Source: Octopus vulgaris (lineage: Eukaryota). From it: a DNA stretch of 64,000 nt. The position numbers and the translations under genes are program-made. The stretch lies in contig OX597831.1 of assembly GCA_951406725.2 (NCBI GenBank), forward strand, positions 72,168,001 through 72,232,000, in the 5' to 3' direction. The notes beneath the pieces were generated by a model that was not told the DNA's origin, did no database searches, and saw nothing but the letters and a program-made list of their open reading frames with translations. This document shows positions 25,832-39,060 of this stretch, in pieces (positions within the stretch are counted from its first letter, which is position 1; each line of letters opens with the position of its first letter).

Positions 25832-27055
25832 TACGAGGGGCGTTCAATAAGTAATGCCCCTGACCCACTTGCAGTTGTTTGATCTAGCTGAAATTTTGCA
25901 TGTGCACTTATACCGCTATAGATTAAGTGGCGAATTACAGCTCTGAACTAATTGTGGTTTCTGATTTACAGGTGTTTGAACTGAGTCAAGTGTGAAATGG
26001 AGCCTGTTGAGTGTCGAGCAGTGATCCGGTTTTTGTATTTGAAAGGACGCACACCACGGGAGAGTTTTGATGAAATGAAAGTAACTTATGGTGATGATGC
26101 CCCATCATATGACCTTGTAAAACGCTGGTATTGTGAATTCAAACATAGTCGGAACTCTGTGGAAACAGCTCCCAGATCTGGTCGCCCCCTTCTGCCGTTG
26201 ATGAGACGTCTGTCCGTCAAGTTGAGGCTGCCATTTTGGAAGGTCAACGCATAACTATTCGCCAAATAGCCCATAAGGTCGAGATTAGTACCGGGTCTGT
26301 GGAAACTATCATTCATGACCATTTGCATATGCAAAAGGTGTCTGCCAGATGGATTTCCAGGTTGCTCACACCTTTCCAGAAGCAAGAACGCGTTGAGTGC
26401 TCGAGGATGAATTTGGAGATGTGCCAAGAAGATGAGTCAAAATTTTTCAAAAGACTGATCACACAGGATAAAACCTGGGTCCATCACTATGATCCATAGA
26501 CCAAAGCCCAGTCAATGCAGTGAAAGCACCGTGACTCACCTCCTCCAAAGAAGGCAAGGGTGCAGCCCTCCACTGACAAGGTTATGCTCACAGTCTTCTG
26601 GGACCAGGACGGAGTAGTGATGACAGATTTCCTGGCAAAGGGTACCACAATTACAGGAGCCTATTATGCTTCACTTTTGAGGAAATTAAGAGAAGCTATC
26701 AAAATCAAGAGGCGGGGCAAGATCAGCAAAGGCATCCTCCTCCTGCAGGACAACGCTCCGGTTCACAACTCGCGTGTCGCCAGATCAGAAGCACAGGCGT
26801 GCAGCTATGAACTCCTCCCCTTGCACCCTCTGATTTTCACCTCTTCCCAGCCATGAAGTTGATTTTGAAAGGAAAGCGTTTCCCAGATGATGCAGCCTTG
26901 ATTTCTGAAGTCACGTCGTGGTTGGAGGACCAAGCTGGGGTCTTCTACAAAAACGGTCTCCAGAGCTGTATCAAACGATGGGAGAAATGCATAACTCTGG
27001 GTAGTTCCTATGTAGGAAAAGATTAATAACTGTGCCAAGTGTCGTTGCTCTACTG
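25832..27055 (+). mobile_element. Near full-length mariner transposase pseudogene (irritans-like); 3' TIR lost
   Basis: TA + cgaggggcgttcaataagt TIR. ORF pieces 25997-27028: RAVIRFL, PRSGRP, VSARWI, TQDKTWVHHYDP, KVMLTVFWD, LLQDNAPVH, DFHLFP, RWEKC, with frameshifts and stops. Confidence 0.95.
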
Positions 27056-27604
27056 ATATGTATGTATGTATGTATGTATGCATGTATGTATGTATGTATG
27101 TATGTATGTATGTATGTATGTATATATATATATAGTTAATTGAAAAAACGGAGAAAAAGACAAGAGAAGCAAAACAACAACAACGTGAGGACGTAGCACA
27201 TGCAAAATATTAAGACGCCCGGGGAAGGTAAAGAGTAGTTGTTTTACGTTTCTAGCATAGCTCTTCTTCGGAAACAAGAATATATATATATATATATATT
27301 ACATTAATCTTAATCTTATTTCGGCCAGAGTTCTTTCGTCACACGTCTGTGACCTCATTAGTGGTCCTTTCCTTTTTTCTTTCTTGTTTGTGTGTCTCTC
27401 CTTACTAACGGTCAGCCATTTTGTATTTTGTATTCCTATTGTATGTGTCTTCATTTGCGCATGCGTATACCTCTATGGGTGTCTATGTTTAATTAGTGTG
27501 TGTGTGGGGTGGGGAGGTGTCTGTAATATTTGTATCTCCTGTTTATACACGTTCGTGTAATTTGTTTTTGTTTATTTTTATTTTGTTCAAGTGTTTACAC
27601 CTGC

Positions 27605-27605
<1 letters not shown>

Positions 27606-27683
<78 letters not shown>

Positions 27684-27703
27684 CAATAATAATAATAATA
27701 ATG

Positions 27704-27750
<47 letters not shown>
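27606..27750. repeat. (ATT)n immediately followed by (AAT)n
   Basis: Direct reading. Confidence 0.97.
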
Positions 27751-27752
<2 letters not shown>

Positions 27753-28369
27753 CCATTCCTAAATACAACAACATCTGTTTCAACACACGATTTCACATGA
27801 AGAATCTTGCAAAACAAATATATATATACATACATACATACATATATATATATGTATGTATATATATATAACCAAAAAATAAGCAACATATATATATGAA
27901 AAGATTTGTAGAGGTAACACACGAGTAAGTAAATATATATGAAAAACAAGAACGAAAACACTTTCTTAAAATTGGGTATATTTTAGTTTTCCTTTTACAT
28001 GTTTCGGTTTTTGAAAAACCTTGTCAAAATTATGTACTAAAATGGAATATGTAAAGAATAAAAGAACTATTTAAAAATTTTAAATTAGAATTAAGATTAA
28101 CATTCGTAGCTTACTTTCCTTTCTCCTGCAAGAACACGTGATAATATCCTTCGGTTCTGGTAGCATGACAATTTATTACTGTCTTTGTAAATTGAATAGA
28201 GTGGTCAAGACTTGTTTTCTTAGGAGTGGCTGTAGCCGTCGAATAACTAGCAGCAGTAATAATGATAGTTGTCGTGGTTAACTTGTTCCCACTGTGGTTT
28301 TAATAGAAATCGGGTTCTTCGACCTATTGTGTGTGTGCATACACAAACACACACACACACACACACACC

Positions 28370-28411
<42 letters not shown>

Positions 28412-28415
<4 letters not shown>

Positions 28416-29270
28416 ATTCAATGAATAAACTGTCGTCTAAATTGCGCAAAAATGAAAATATCACTGACATCTCATTTTAACAGATTTATTTACCAAAATT
28501 CCCCCCAAAATATCTTGAAATACTAAAGAGTAAATTTATTCAATATAATCGCCATTGGGTTTAACCATGGCCTCCAGATGACTTCAGAATCTCCTGCATC
28601 GCTTCTAGACGGTCTCCTTGTTTAAGTTGGTGAATGCTGCCATAATCCTTGTCTTCAGTTTATTTTGGGTGCTACAAGGAGTTTTGTTGGTCTCTCGCTC
28701 AACTGCGCCCCACACATAATAATCAAGGGCGCTGCAGTCTGGGAAGTTAGATGGCCAGATGTTAGGGGTGATGTGGTCGCAGAAATTGTCTGATAGCCAT
28801 GACTGGGTTCTCCTGCTTGTGTGGCATGATGCAGAGCCCTGTTACCAGACGTAGGGTCTTCCAGGAGCCATCTCCTTGACCCAGGGCGGCGCTACCTCTT
28901 CCAGGCACTTGATGTAGGCCTCTATGTTGAGTCTGAGGCCGTGTGAGAAGACGAATGAAGGCATAACGTCGCCATCACTAGTGATCATTCCAAACATCAT
29001 GATGCTCACTGGATGTTTGATTTTTATCAGTCTCGGTACATGTCCTCAGATTGATACCCAGATACTCTGAAACGTCCGTAGTGGAGCTTCCGGCACAAAT
29101 GCCAAGCAGTACAGCATGTCATTTCCAAATTTCTGGCAGAGTGAATTGCGTCATGGTGCTGTTTGCCCAACTGACCCTACTATACTGTGTAGTCGACAAA
29201 ATCAAAAAGAAACAATGCGCATGCGAGAAATTAAAAATACAAAATGGCGACAGTTTACCCATCACACCGT
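28412..29270 (-). mobile_element. Deleted Tc1/mariner (maT/DD37D-like) transposon
   Basis: Minus frame IWPSNFPDCSALDYYVWGAVERETNKTP...HLEAMVKTNGDYIE. Imperfect TIRs share taaactgtcg. Confidence 0.85.
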
Positions 29271-29799
29271 CACGGCCAAATGTTTTCCCAACATTGCTTG
29301 CTCATTTTCTGCATAGAAGACACGTTTGTAAAACGCCATCAATGATAATCTTTTATTTTTTTCTTCTTCTTTCAGTCATTTGACTGCAGCCATGATACAA
29401 ATACTATAAATCTATCATTGAAATCAATTTTCGATGACGTAATACACCAAATAAATCCACGTATTAATCATAAATGTATAGAATAAGCCTAAATATGAAC
29501 ATGCTTTTCTACTCTAGGCACAAGGCTCAAATTTTTGGGGGAGAGGGCAGTCGATTATAGCGACCTCAGTACGCAACTAGTACTTAATTTATCGACCCCG
29601 AAAGGATGTTTAATTATTGTGTTTGTGGGGTGGGGAAGTGTCTGTAATATTTGTCCCCCTAGCATTGCTTGACAACCGATACTGGTGTGTTTACGTCCCC
29701 GTCACTTAGCGGTTCGGCAAAAGAGACCGATAGAATAAGTACTGGGCTTACAAAGAATAAGTCCCGGGGTCGATTTGCTCCAACGTCGACCTCGGTTGA

Positions 29800-31717
29800 C
29801 CTAAATATGAATATTAAGTGGCCCATCCCAACTTACATCTAAATGTATAAATATATAATTCTATAATTACTAGTAATAAATATAATCATTAATATAATTA
29901 CTTTAATAAATTTCAATTATATTCATATACACTTAAGAACTAATGAAATAACTTGAGGGTTTTACATTCTGGACACCCTGGGTAATAAATTTCCCTCTGT
30001 CCACTTTGGCTTATATAGAGATGATACCTTAGCCATCTCCAGAGGCGCTAACTGCCATACATTAGATAGGCTTAGAAAAGACATCATACACACCCTCAAC
30101 AACCTTGGCCTTAAAACCACCACAGGGACTAACCTCACTGTGGTGAACTTCAATACATTAATACAGCCTCCCGCCACCCACCCAAAAACCAATTAAAGGA
30201 ATCAGTAAACAGATTTCGATCTTATCTTCAAATAAGGATATTTTCGACGCAGCGGCTCCCGCTTACAATGAGGCGTTAGCGGCCGACGGGTTCAAGGACC
30301 ATAAAGTATATTCATCAGGATCGAGCAACCATAAAAGGAAACGCCATCGCAAGACCTTATGGTTCGCTCCCCGCTTCTCTCTAAATGTCCGGACATGCGT
30401 AGGTAAGAATTTTCACCCGATCACACAAATATAGAAAGATTTCAAACAGATTTTTAAGGATCTCTTTCAGTTGTGCACTCAATGTTAAGAAAAACTTACT
30501 TAGCACCCCTAAACCAAGGACAGAGGCAGGTTGTTCATGCAGGATTAGAAATGAATGCCGAGTGGACGGCCGATGTAACAACGAGGTTACAGTGTACCAA
30601 GCAAAAGTAGCCTCAAACAGGAGCAGCACAAATAAAGGTAACATCAATGCCAACATAGAGACACGCACTAAAATTTATGTCGGATCTTGTTAATCTAAAT
30701 TTAGAACTCGCCGGAAGAACCACAGGTCTTCTTTCAGGGTCCCGGAGAGATGCAACACAACGACGCTCGCAGCATATCTATGGCGTCTAAAGGACGATCA
30801 TTAGGTGGAAATTACTGGAAACTTGTGGACCCTATCACAATGGAACAAGACTATGTAAATTGTGTATGGCAGAAAAATATATAATCCTTATGAACTCGTA
30901 TGGCAAAAATGTGTAACGCTGCGATGGACCGGCGTCCCCTCCAGCCGGGGAAACACATACGTCACAGAAACCGGGAAACCGGGCCCATGAGCCTGGCTAG
31001 GCTTTAAAAGAGCGCATTTATTATTTTTATTATATCTTTATTATCCATAGATACATATACACATACACTACACATAGATAATGTAATCCATATGTACACA
31101 CACACACATGCATACATGTGAATACATACACACATACACAAATTCTACTTCACTTTCATTTCTACTTTTATTTTCATTCATGTTTATTCCTTATTCCTTA
31201 TTTCTACTTCCTTATTTATTTTATTTTATCCATTTTAATCATTTAATCTTACTCTTTTATACTTTAACTGACGATAATCATCCTTATTAATTGAATTTAA
31301 ACATAAACATTAGTATCAAGGAATGTTCAGATTAACATACACGATCGCACAAGTATTAAACATACTTTTATATCTAAATATAAATGATAATAGAATTACC
31401 TTAGGAACCTTTTACCAACATGAATACATACTTGAGAACTAATATAACTAATATAAAATGTCGAGCAATCTTCAGCCACATATAGAATTTTCTATATGTG
31501 GCTGAAGATTGCTCGACATTTTAAAACTGATGTAATACTTACAGTGTTTAATAAAATGAAGTAGCATGAAACAATTGTACTACACTACCTTTGGATATCC
31601 TTGTTGCTTATTTTGATTATAATCACCCCCATTTGATTTATATGGATAATACCATACCAAATACTGGTGCCTTTAACTTAAGCACCATATTCATCTGAAT
31701 CTAAATTTTGCTGAACT

Positions 31718-31720
<3 letters not shown>
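29800..31720 (+). mobile_element. Degenerate Penelope-like element (RT + GIY-YIG remnants) with a SINE D tail insertion (30913-31025) and hammerhead-bearing terminus
   Basis: LYRDDTLAI, AAPAYNEAL, RKTLWFAP, CSCR..ECRVDGRC..VYQAKV, YVGS, CKLCMAEK. Motif at 31497-31584. Confidence 0.8.
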
Positions 31721-31792
<72 letters not shown>

Positions 31793-32305
31793 ACACACAA
31801 TAACAAAGACATCCATATTTGTTTAATATGTATATATCCATTTAAACGTATATATAAGCACACACATATACACACACACACGAATATAAATTTATTTCAA
31901 TGTATTTCCCTTTCGTACATTCTATTTACATTTATTTACTTTATTCTGTTTATTTTATTTGCTTTATTTTATTTCATTTTCACTTTGTTTTATTATATAT
32001 TAATTTTATTTTTATATAATTTTTATTTTCATTTTATTTTATTTTTGCTCCTATTTACCTTAATCTATATACCTCAATAAGTAACTTAGAAAGGAACTTT
32101 TATACGAATACACATGCATATTGATGTATAAACCATTGACATCCATACTTGTTGAGTGTATATATATATTTATATTTATATACATATACGCATGCACATA
32201 CGCTCATACGTATACAAACACGAGTATAAATTCTGTTTCACTTTTACTTTGCTTTATTCATTATGAACTTTTACTTTTATATACTAAAATCCATTATTCA
32301 TTATA

Positions 32306-32368
<63 letters not shown>

Positions 32369-32379
32369 ATTATTATTTA

Positions 32380-33480
32380 TTGTCTTTGCACAGCTTCTAT
32401 CGCTAGAGATGTACTACGGTGCCAGCTGTTCGCTACCAGTGAATTCAGGTAACACCTCTTATTTTTCGAGCACCATCCGGAGTATTAGAGCGGTTCCAAG
32501 CAGTGCTGTTTTCTGCAAGTGCCCCATTCTTATTGCAGCCCCTATTTGTTCCATGTGCTTCTCAAGATTTTTACTCACTATTCCCAGGGCCCCGACAATT
32601 TTTGGTACTACTATCACCTTTTTCAGTGTCTACAACTGCTTAACATCCCAAACTAACCTGTCATATCTATCGACTTTTCTTCCTTCCTTATCTCATGCCT
32701 TGTTGTCAGCTGGTCATACTATATCTATGATCCAGCATAGCTTGCTTTCTTTCTCAATTAACACTATGTCTGACTTCCTATTCTCTATCTCATGATCGCA
32801 CTGAATCATAAAATCCCACAGGATCTTTGCATTATCATTTTCGATGATGCCTTCGGGTTTAATGTTCGTACCACTTCTTTACTCTTTCAAGTCCATAGTA
32901 GTTGCAAAGTGTCCAATGGACAATCCTTGCTATATTGTCATGACGTCTCTTATATTCTTTCTGGGATAGTGGCGTACACTGACTGGTAATATACCATACA
33001 TTTTCACCATTTTGTGCACAGATTCTGCGTTTATCACTTTCTGATGTGTTGTCTATTCTGTATTTTATGTAGTTTGTTCTTAGTACTTGCTCTTGAGCAG
33101 CACAGATTAGAGCATCCGTGTCTGGTTTTAAATCACTTTTAGTCAACCATAGCCATCTTTTTTTCTCTGTCTGTCTCATCTTCAACATCCCTATGAAATT
33201 GTGCATGCATTCTTTTCTTTATCCACCTATTTTCAGTTTCATTCATTCTTCCATCCTACACAAGCCTGACCTTCTTACTTCCAACAATAGTGGTTCTGTG
33301 GCATTTTTTACATACCATGCTATGTTGTTTTCTTCTGCTCTAACGCTGTGTTCGCATCCAATAAGTCCTCTTACCCTCTATTTTGTTTGGTACATACAGT
33401 CTGCCTGTGTCACTTTTTGGGTGGAGTATCCCATATCTAGTCAGCTACTTCCTTGTCTTTCTAAGTCGTTTAGTTCGTCT
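32380..33480 (-). mobile_element. Dong/R4-clade non-LTR retrotransposon 3' fragment within (TAA)n
   Basis: WLTKSDLK...ICAAQEQVLRTNY...YKRRHDNIARIVHW and a restriction-like endonuclease segment. (ATT)n tracts on both sides (32303-32378, 33481-33550). Confidence 0.85.
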
Positions 33481-33490
33481 ATCATCATCA

Positions 33491-33543
<53 letters not shown>

Positions 33544-34473
33544 GTTATTGAATTAAAAATAAAAGTAATAGTTTTAACACATGGGTGCACACACACACAT
33601 ATATACATACTCACATAATAGACATGGCTATATATTGACAACCGATGCTGGTGTGTGTTTATGTCCCCGTCACTTAGCGGTTCGGCAAAAGAGACCGATA
33701 GAATAAGTACTGGGCTTACAAAGAATAAGTCCCGGGGTCGATTTGCTCGACTAAAGGCGGTGCTCCAGCATGGCCGCAGTCAAATGACTGAAACAAGTAA
33801 AAGAGTAAAAGAGTATAGTTCGAGAAAATTCTTTTTTAGGCACTCAACACCGAACTTATTTGGAATGTTCTAGAAAATTGTCAAATTTCAAAATATTATT
33901 ACCGAAGTTACAAAATCAAGAAGGCAAAGTTTGACGAGGATAATAACCATTACATGTGCATTTTAGACGTACGGAATAAGGTAATAGCATTTACACAGGA
34001 GGAAAATATTAGAAAAAGGAAACATTTTTGTTTTACATTATGTAATTTCGCTGAAGTTTGGACATTTTATTTCCTGCAGGTTCAGAACAAATATAATGTT
34101 GTCACTTACTTGTTAATTGTTAAAAAAGAAGAAAAAAAAACAATAAATAATAAATGTTTATGGAGCTAAAACAAAAGAACAAAAAAACTGACAGAAATGT
34201 GTTTTGTAATGAAACACAAATTAAATAGCAATTTAAATCTATAGAAGCACAGGTGCAACTGACAACAACTGCATGTGAGGATTCCTGCTAATTCTGCTTC
34301 AGAATTATGTTAATGTTACATATGTGTCTGTGAAATATATATATATAGCCACTTGGCCAGTTGATAAATCGATAGGCCGCTCACACAATGCTCTCGACGG
34401 TAGAGTCCACCACCATCACCACCATTAGCAAATCGACGTCGTCATCGTAATTATTGTCACCATCTTTGTCATT

Positions 34474-34607
34474 GTTATAGACCTCACTGTCTTTTAAGAA
34501 AGCTTCGTTATTGGCAATTGCTCTGTCATAACTTAAGTGCGTAGTCATTTTTATATATTCTCCATGATCCAAATGCTGGGGAAAGCATCTTAGGAAAACT
34601 TCGAACC
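34474..34607 (-). CDS. Candidate exon of an unidentified gene (FEVFLRCFPQHLDHGEYIKMTTHLSYDRAIANNEAFLKDSE)
   Basis: Open frame between tag|G and GAG|gt in unique DNA; no recognised homology and weak splice sites. Confidence 0.25.
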
Positions 34608-35589
34608 TATTATATCAATAACACAGATGTTGTCGTAGTTGTGATATACTTGTGAGGCTACCAGAAACATGGAAAAGAAAAAGTCTGGGTGATTATTTCA
34701 TTCTTCAAGCAAGTTGATTGTTTAGTTAGGAGATATAAGAGAATATATTTGTAAAAACAATACTGCAGGCAAATAATTGAATGCTTTTATTAGTAAATTT
34801 GAAGATCAAAATATAAAATGTTCAAGTTGAACTTTAATTATAAGACCGGCAAATGACAGCGCTCCACAAGAATATAACAAATGGTCATATCTCAACAACT
34901 ATTTTGACATCAGTTTTGGTGTTTTCTGAGAAACAACAAAAATAATGTCAAAATAGTTGCCAAATATACTTTAAGTACGTCTCAAATCATCCCTGATGAA
35001 AATTGTTTGTGGCTTGTGTATGACTCAGATCTGCTAGAGTTGACTTGCTCTATGATGAATTAGGATATATTCTGGAATCTAAAGAAACTAGAGATGATGA
35101 CTTACGTTGATTACAATCCGTCAATGGTTCGTAAATGAATTTGATCATTTCAAACGTTGCAAGTAGGGAAAAATTTAAGATTCCCAGTCCTTGACCTTCT
35201 GATGAGAATGAAGAGAGAATGGATGTCAATGCTGTTGCCGAAAACTCGCAGAGCATTTAGGATATCTGATAAAATACCTTGCAGTATTTGTCTCGCTCTC
35301 CGCTTTCTGCGTTCAAATTCCATCAACAAGGTCAATAGAACATACCAGTCCAAGACTGTAGAATGGTGGAATTGCTAGAGCGTCAAGCAAAACGCCTTGA
35401 AATAATTGAACTGACTCAGAGACGACACTGATTTTGAGTTGTAGCGGCTTTGTCTTTCCTTTGGACAGCATCGGTGGCAAGGATCAGGGAGACTTGCATG
35501 CAAGTCTATGGACGACTGCTAGCTTACGCAAGTCCAAGAAAAATTGCTAGTTTACGGAAAACTGTTTGTTTTCCTTAAAAAAATCTTGT

Positions 35590-36690
35590 CTTAACCTATG
35601 CCCTGTACTTTGGATAGGAACTTTCCGGGTGCAAATTTTCCGATTAATAGGTGTAAAAGACCATTGATTCTACAAAGACCCAAAATGTTGGATTCCTCAC
35701 TTACCACTTTTGGGGAGGGGCTTCGTTATCTTTTTTCTTTTTGGTACACTTTGAACGGATGTGGCCCTTCTCTCCACACTTGAAACATCGGGGTCTACGT
35801 CCCTCCGCGGCCCCTCTCACTGTCAACCCCTCCCCCATAAATACCCTGTCGGATAAATTTTCCGACGTTTCGTTTGCCGCTTGGACTACCATTTCGAGAG
35901 TCTGGCCTCTCCAGTTTATGACATCCTTCCTCTTCATCTGTAGGATAGATACCTCCTCCTCCTCCTCGACGTCATAAATGACCGCCACTGCTACCCACAT
36001 AACTTTGTAGCTTCCTGGGATTTCTTCCACCGTGATTTTTGCTGTCTTGCGTTCCAAGTATGTGGGTAGCAGTATTATTTCTTCATTTTTTAATGTCTTT
36101 GTTGACACTTCCACGGCTAACGCAGCACACTTGGTTCCATATTGGTGTCATGCACCTCTCGACTGCTTCATTTTTCGTTTCCATTATCCTTTTCTTCTTT
36201 TAAGTTGTATATTTTATATACGACCGTTCTGGCGTTGATTGCATGTAGTTTCAGGGGTCGGCAACAGTTTAGTGTCGCTGCCACTTTTTAAAATTAAGTT
36301 TCTAAACTTAAAAAGCTGTTCCATTTGAACCTCTAGCTCGGTAACGTTTCCGCCCACCACGGCTGAGAAACTGGGTTTTTCCTGTGCTTCCTCTTGGTCA
36401 CTTTTACGACCTTTCCCCATCACAGGGAAATCTTTACGAGATTCAATATTAAATTCCATTACGAAATTTTAAACTTTGTCACAAATGACAATTCACAAAC
36501 AATAATTAAATAAATGTGATAACCAGTAACGGTTAAACCAAACAGTTTTTCACAAAACTATTTTTTTCAACAGAATTTTCTGCCCCGTAGGGCGAAAATT
36601 ACTGTTTCACGACTTGCAACAGTTCAAATTAAAGCAAAGTATTCAGTATACAACACAAAGTACAAAAACAAGAACGAACTCACATAACGC
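35590..36690 (-). mobile_element. 5' part of a LINE (5'UTR + broken gag-like ORF1 with CCHC knuckle)
   Basis: ORFs 36214-36459 (PSFSAVVG) and 35701-36114 (GRRPRCFKCGEKGHIRSKC). Confidence 0.75.
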
Positions 36691-37018
36691 TGGATAGCAA
36701 AAATCCAATTATGACGCGCAAAAAGATGATTGGCCAGATGGCGTTGCTGGATTCACCATTCGAACATATAGTTTTCAAAGTGACACATATTTACTGATAA
36801 AAAAATAGAAAGTATTATTATTTCTAAATCTCTCAAAGAGAGAATTCAGTAACGGTTCTTTAAAGTAAATGGTATTTCTCAACATAATGTGGCTGTCCTG
36901 GCTATATGACACACTATCTGTGTCTTTATATTTTCAAACTGGGAGCTCAGCACTCCCATCTAGCGCAAAATAATATCTGTGGACTAGTTTCTGGGTTATT
37001 GCCACATTATGTTAGCAA

Positions 37019-37077
<59 letters not shown>

Positions 37078-37182
37078 ATATATATATAATCACCCCATTT
37101 TGAATTATATGGATAATACCATACTAAATTCTAGTGCTTTTAACTTAAGTACCATATTCATCTGAATCTAAATTTTACTGAA

Positions 37183-37373
<191 letters not shown>

Positions 37374-37415
37374 ATATATATGTATATATACTACTAACCC
37401 CAAGATTCCAAGTTC

Positions 37416-37466
<51 letters not shown>

Positions 37467-38040
37467 CAACAACAACAACATCGAAAAATACTTTAGGAAT
37501 GAGAATCCAGCTTCGAAATTTCCCCCAAGACACCTGAAGAAGGCTGGAGAGTACATCAGATGAGGACAAATATCCGTCGAATGTAAATAATGTAAATAAT
37601 ATACATAATTCCCCATCTCTTAAATATAGAAAAGTAGTTCTTCATTTCAGTTGTCCAAAAGAATATCCTCTTGAAAACACACTTAAAGAACGCGTTTACT
37701 GTTGCAAACATTGGCAAAAACATACTTTTAGTTCCTATAAGTAATTTCTACCAATCTACAAAATTCAACCTTTAACTGTCTTCTTACATTTCATTTCCAC
37801 TAAATACATCTATTTCCACGGCTTTAATCTTTATTCCTATTCACCTTTCGCACTACATTTCTCCACTCTTAGTTTTCTGCTAATTTCTTTCTTCCTCCTC
37901 CTTCTCTTTCTATAAATTGCCTTTGACGTTAAATCTATTAACGGTTTTTTAAAAAATAACTTACCAGCATTCCCTCATTATAGATGCAGTAATCACATTC
38001 GGTTAAAATGTCTTATTGATGCGTTTTGTTTCTCTTTTTT

Positions 38041-38126
38041 TTCCCCTGATGAGAAGATAGCATTGTTTTACATATTTTATTCCTTCTGGAATAATACCAA
38101 TGTTTTCTTCGAAACATATGTCGGAA
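38041..38126 (+). ncRNA. Type I hammerhead ribozyme motif, intact core
   Basis: ttccc-CTGATGA-gaaga...tcttc-GAAA-catatg-TC-ggaa: core, stem II, palindromic stem III and GUC triplet. Confidence 0.75.
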
Positions 38127-38370
38127 ATATAAAGATTTGAATAACACCTGCGTTTAACTCCATTTATTTATCTATCCGTGTCATACAAGAACATTTCACG
38201 AAACCCTTGAATTTCTACCTTTACTAGTAGGCTGTTACATCCTTGGTAGTTATGTGAATTTTTGTTACCCTAGTAACTATTTATTTATTTTTTCCGTATT
38301 GGAAAATACACATACATTTTATAAATACACACACATTTATACATTCATGTACATTGAAAAATACACATAC

Positions 38371-38458
<88 letters not shown>

Positions 38459-38998
38459 ACAAGCTACCGAGTCAGCATATTTGATGATATATATGAAGTG
38501 AACAAATGTTGACAAGTATGAACAAGTAAATATAACATAAACGTAAATCTAGCGTTACAGTACAAACAAAGGAATGGTTAAGACGGAGTGCTCTTTCTAT
38601 AGACTAGACACACACACACACACACACACACAAATACAAAGGTATATATTAATTTACTGTGAAAAATTGTGGTCTAAGGTCTGCACAACAGGGGGTTTTG
38701 CTTTGTTTTGTAACTATATAGATATCTATATACTTATCTAGGCTATTGTATTTCATATAATTCTTGGGAAGTAAAAAGTTGATAATTTTTAAAGCCAGGT
38801 GTCACATTAAATAATTTCTATACCACCTATAATTTACTTACACACCACCTACTCATTCACACATTAGCGCGCGCACGCACATACACACATATGCAGAAAA
38901 AAAAACCAGACGCACGCGTAGCTCAGTGGTAAAGAAATTTGCTTCTCAACTCTTATTCTGCGGGTTTGATTCCACTGCCTGACATCTTCGGCACATAC

Positions 38999-39043
<45 letters not shown>

Positions 39044-39060
39044 CATATATATACATTCAT

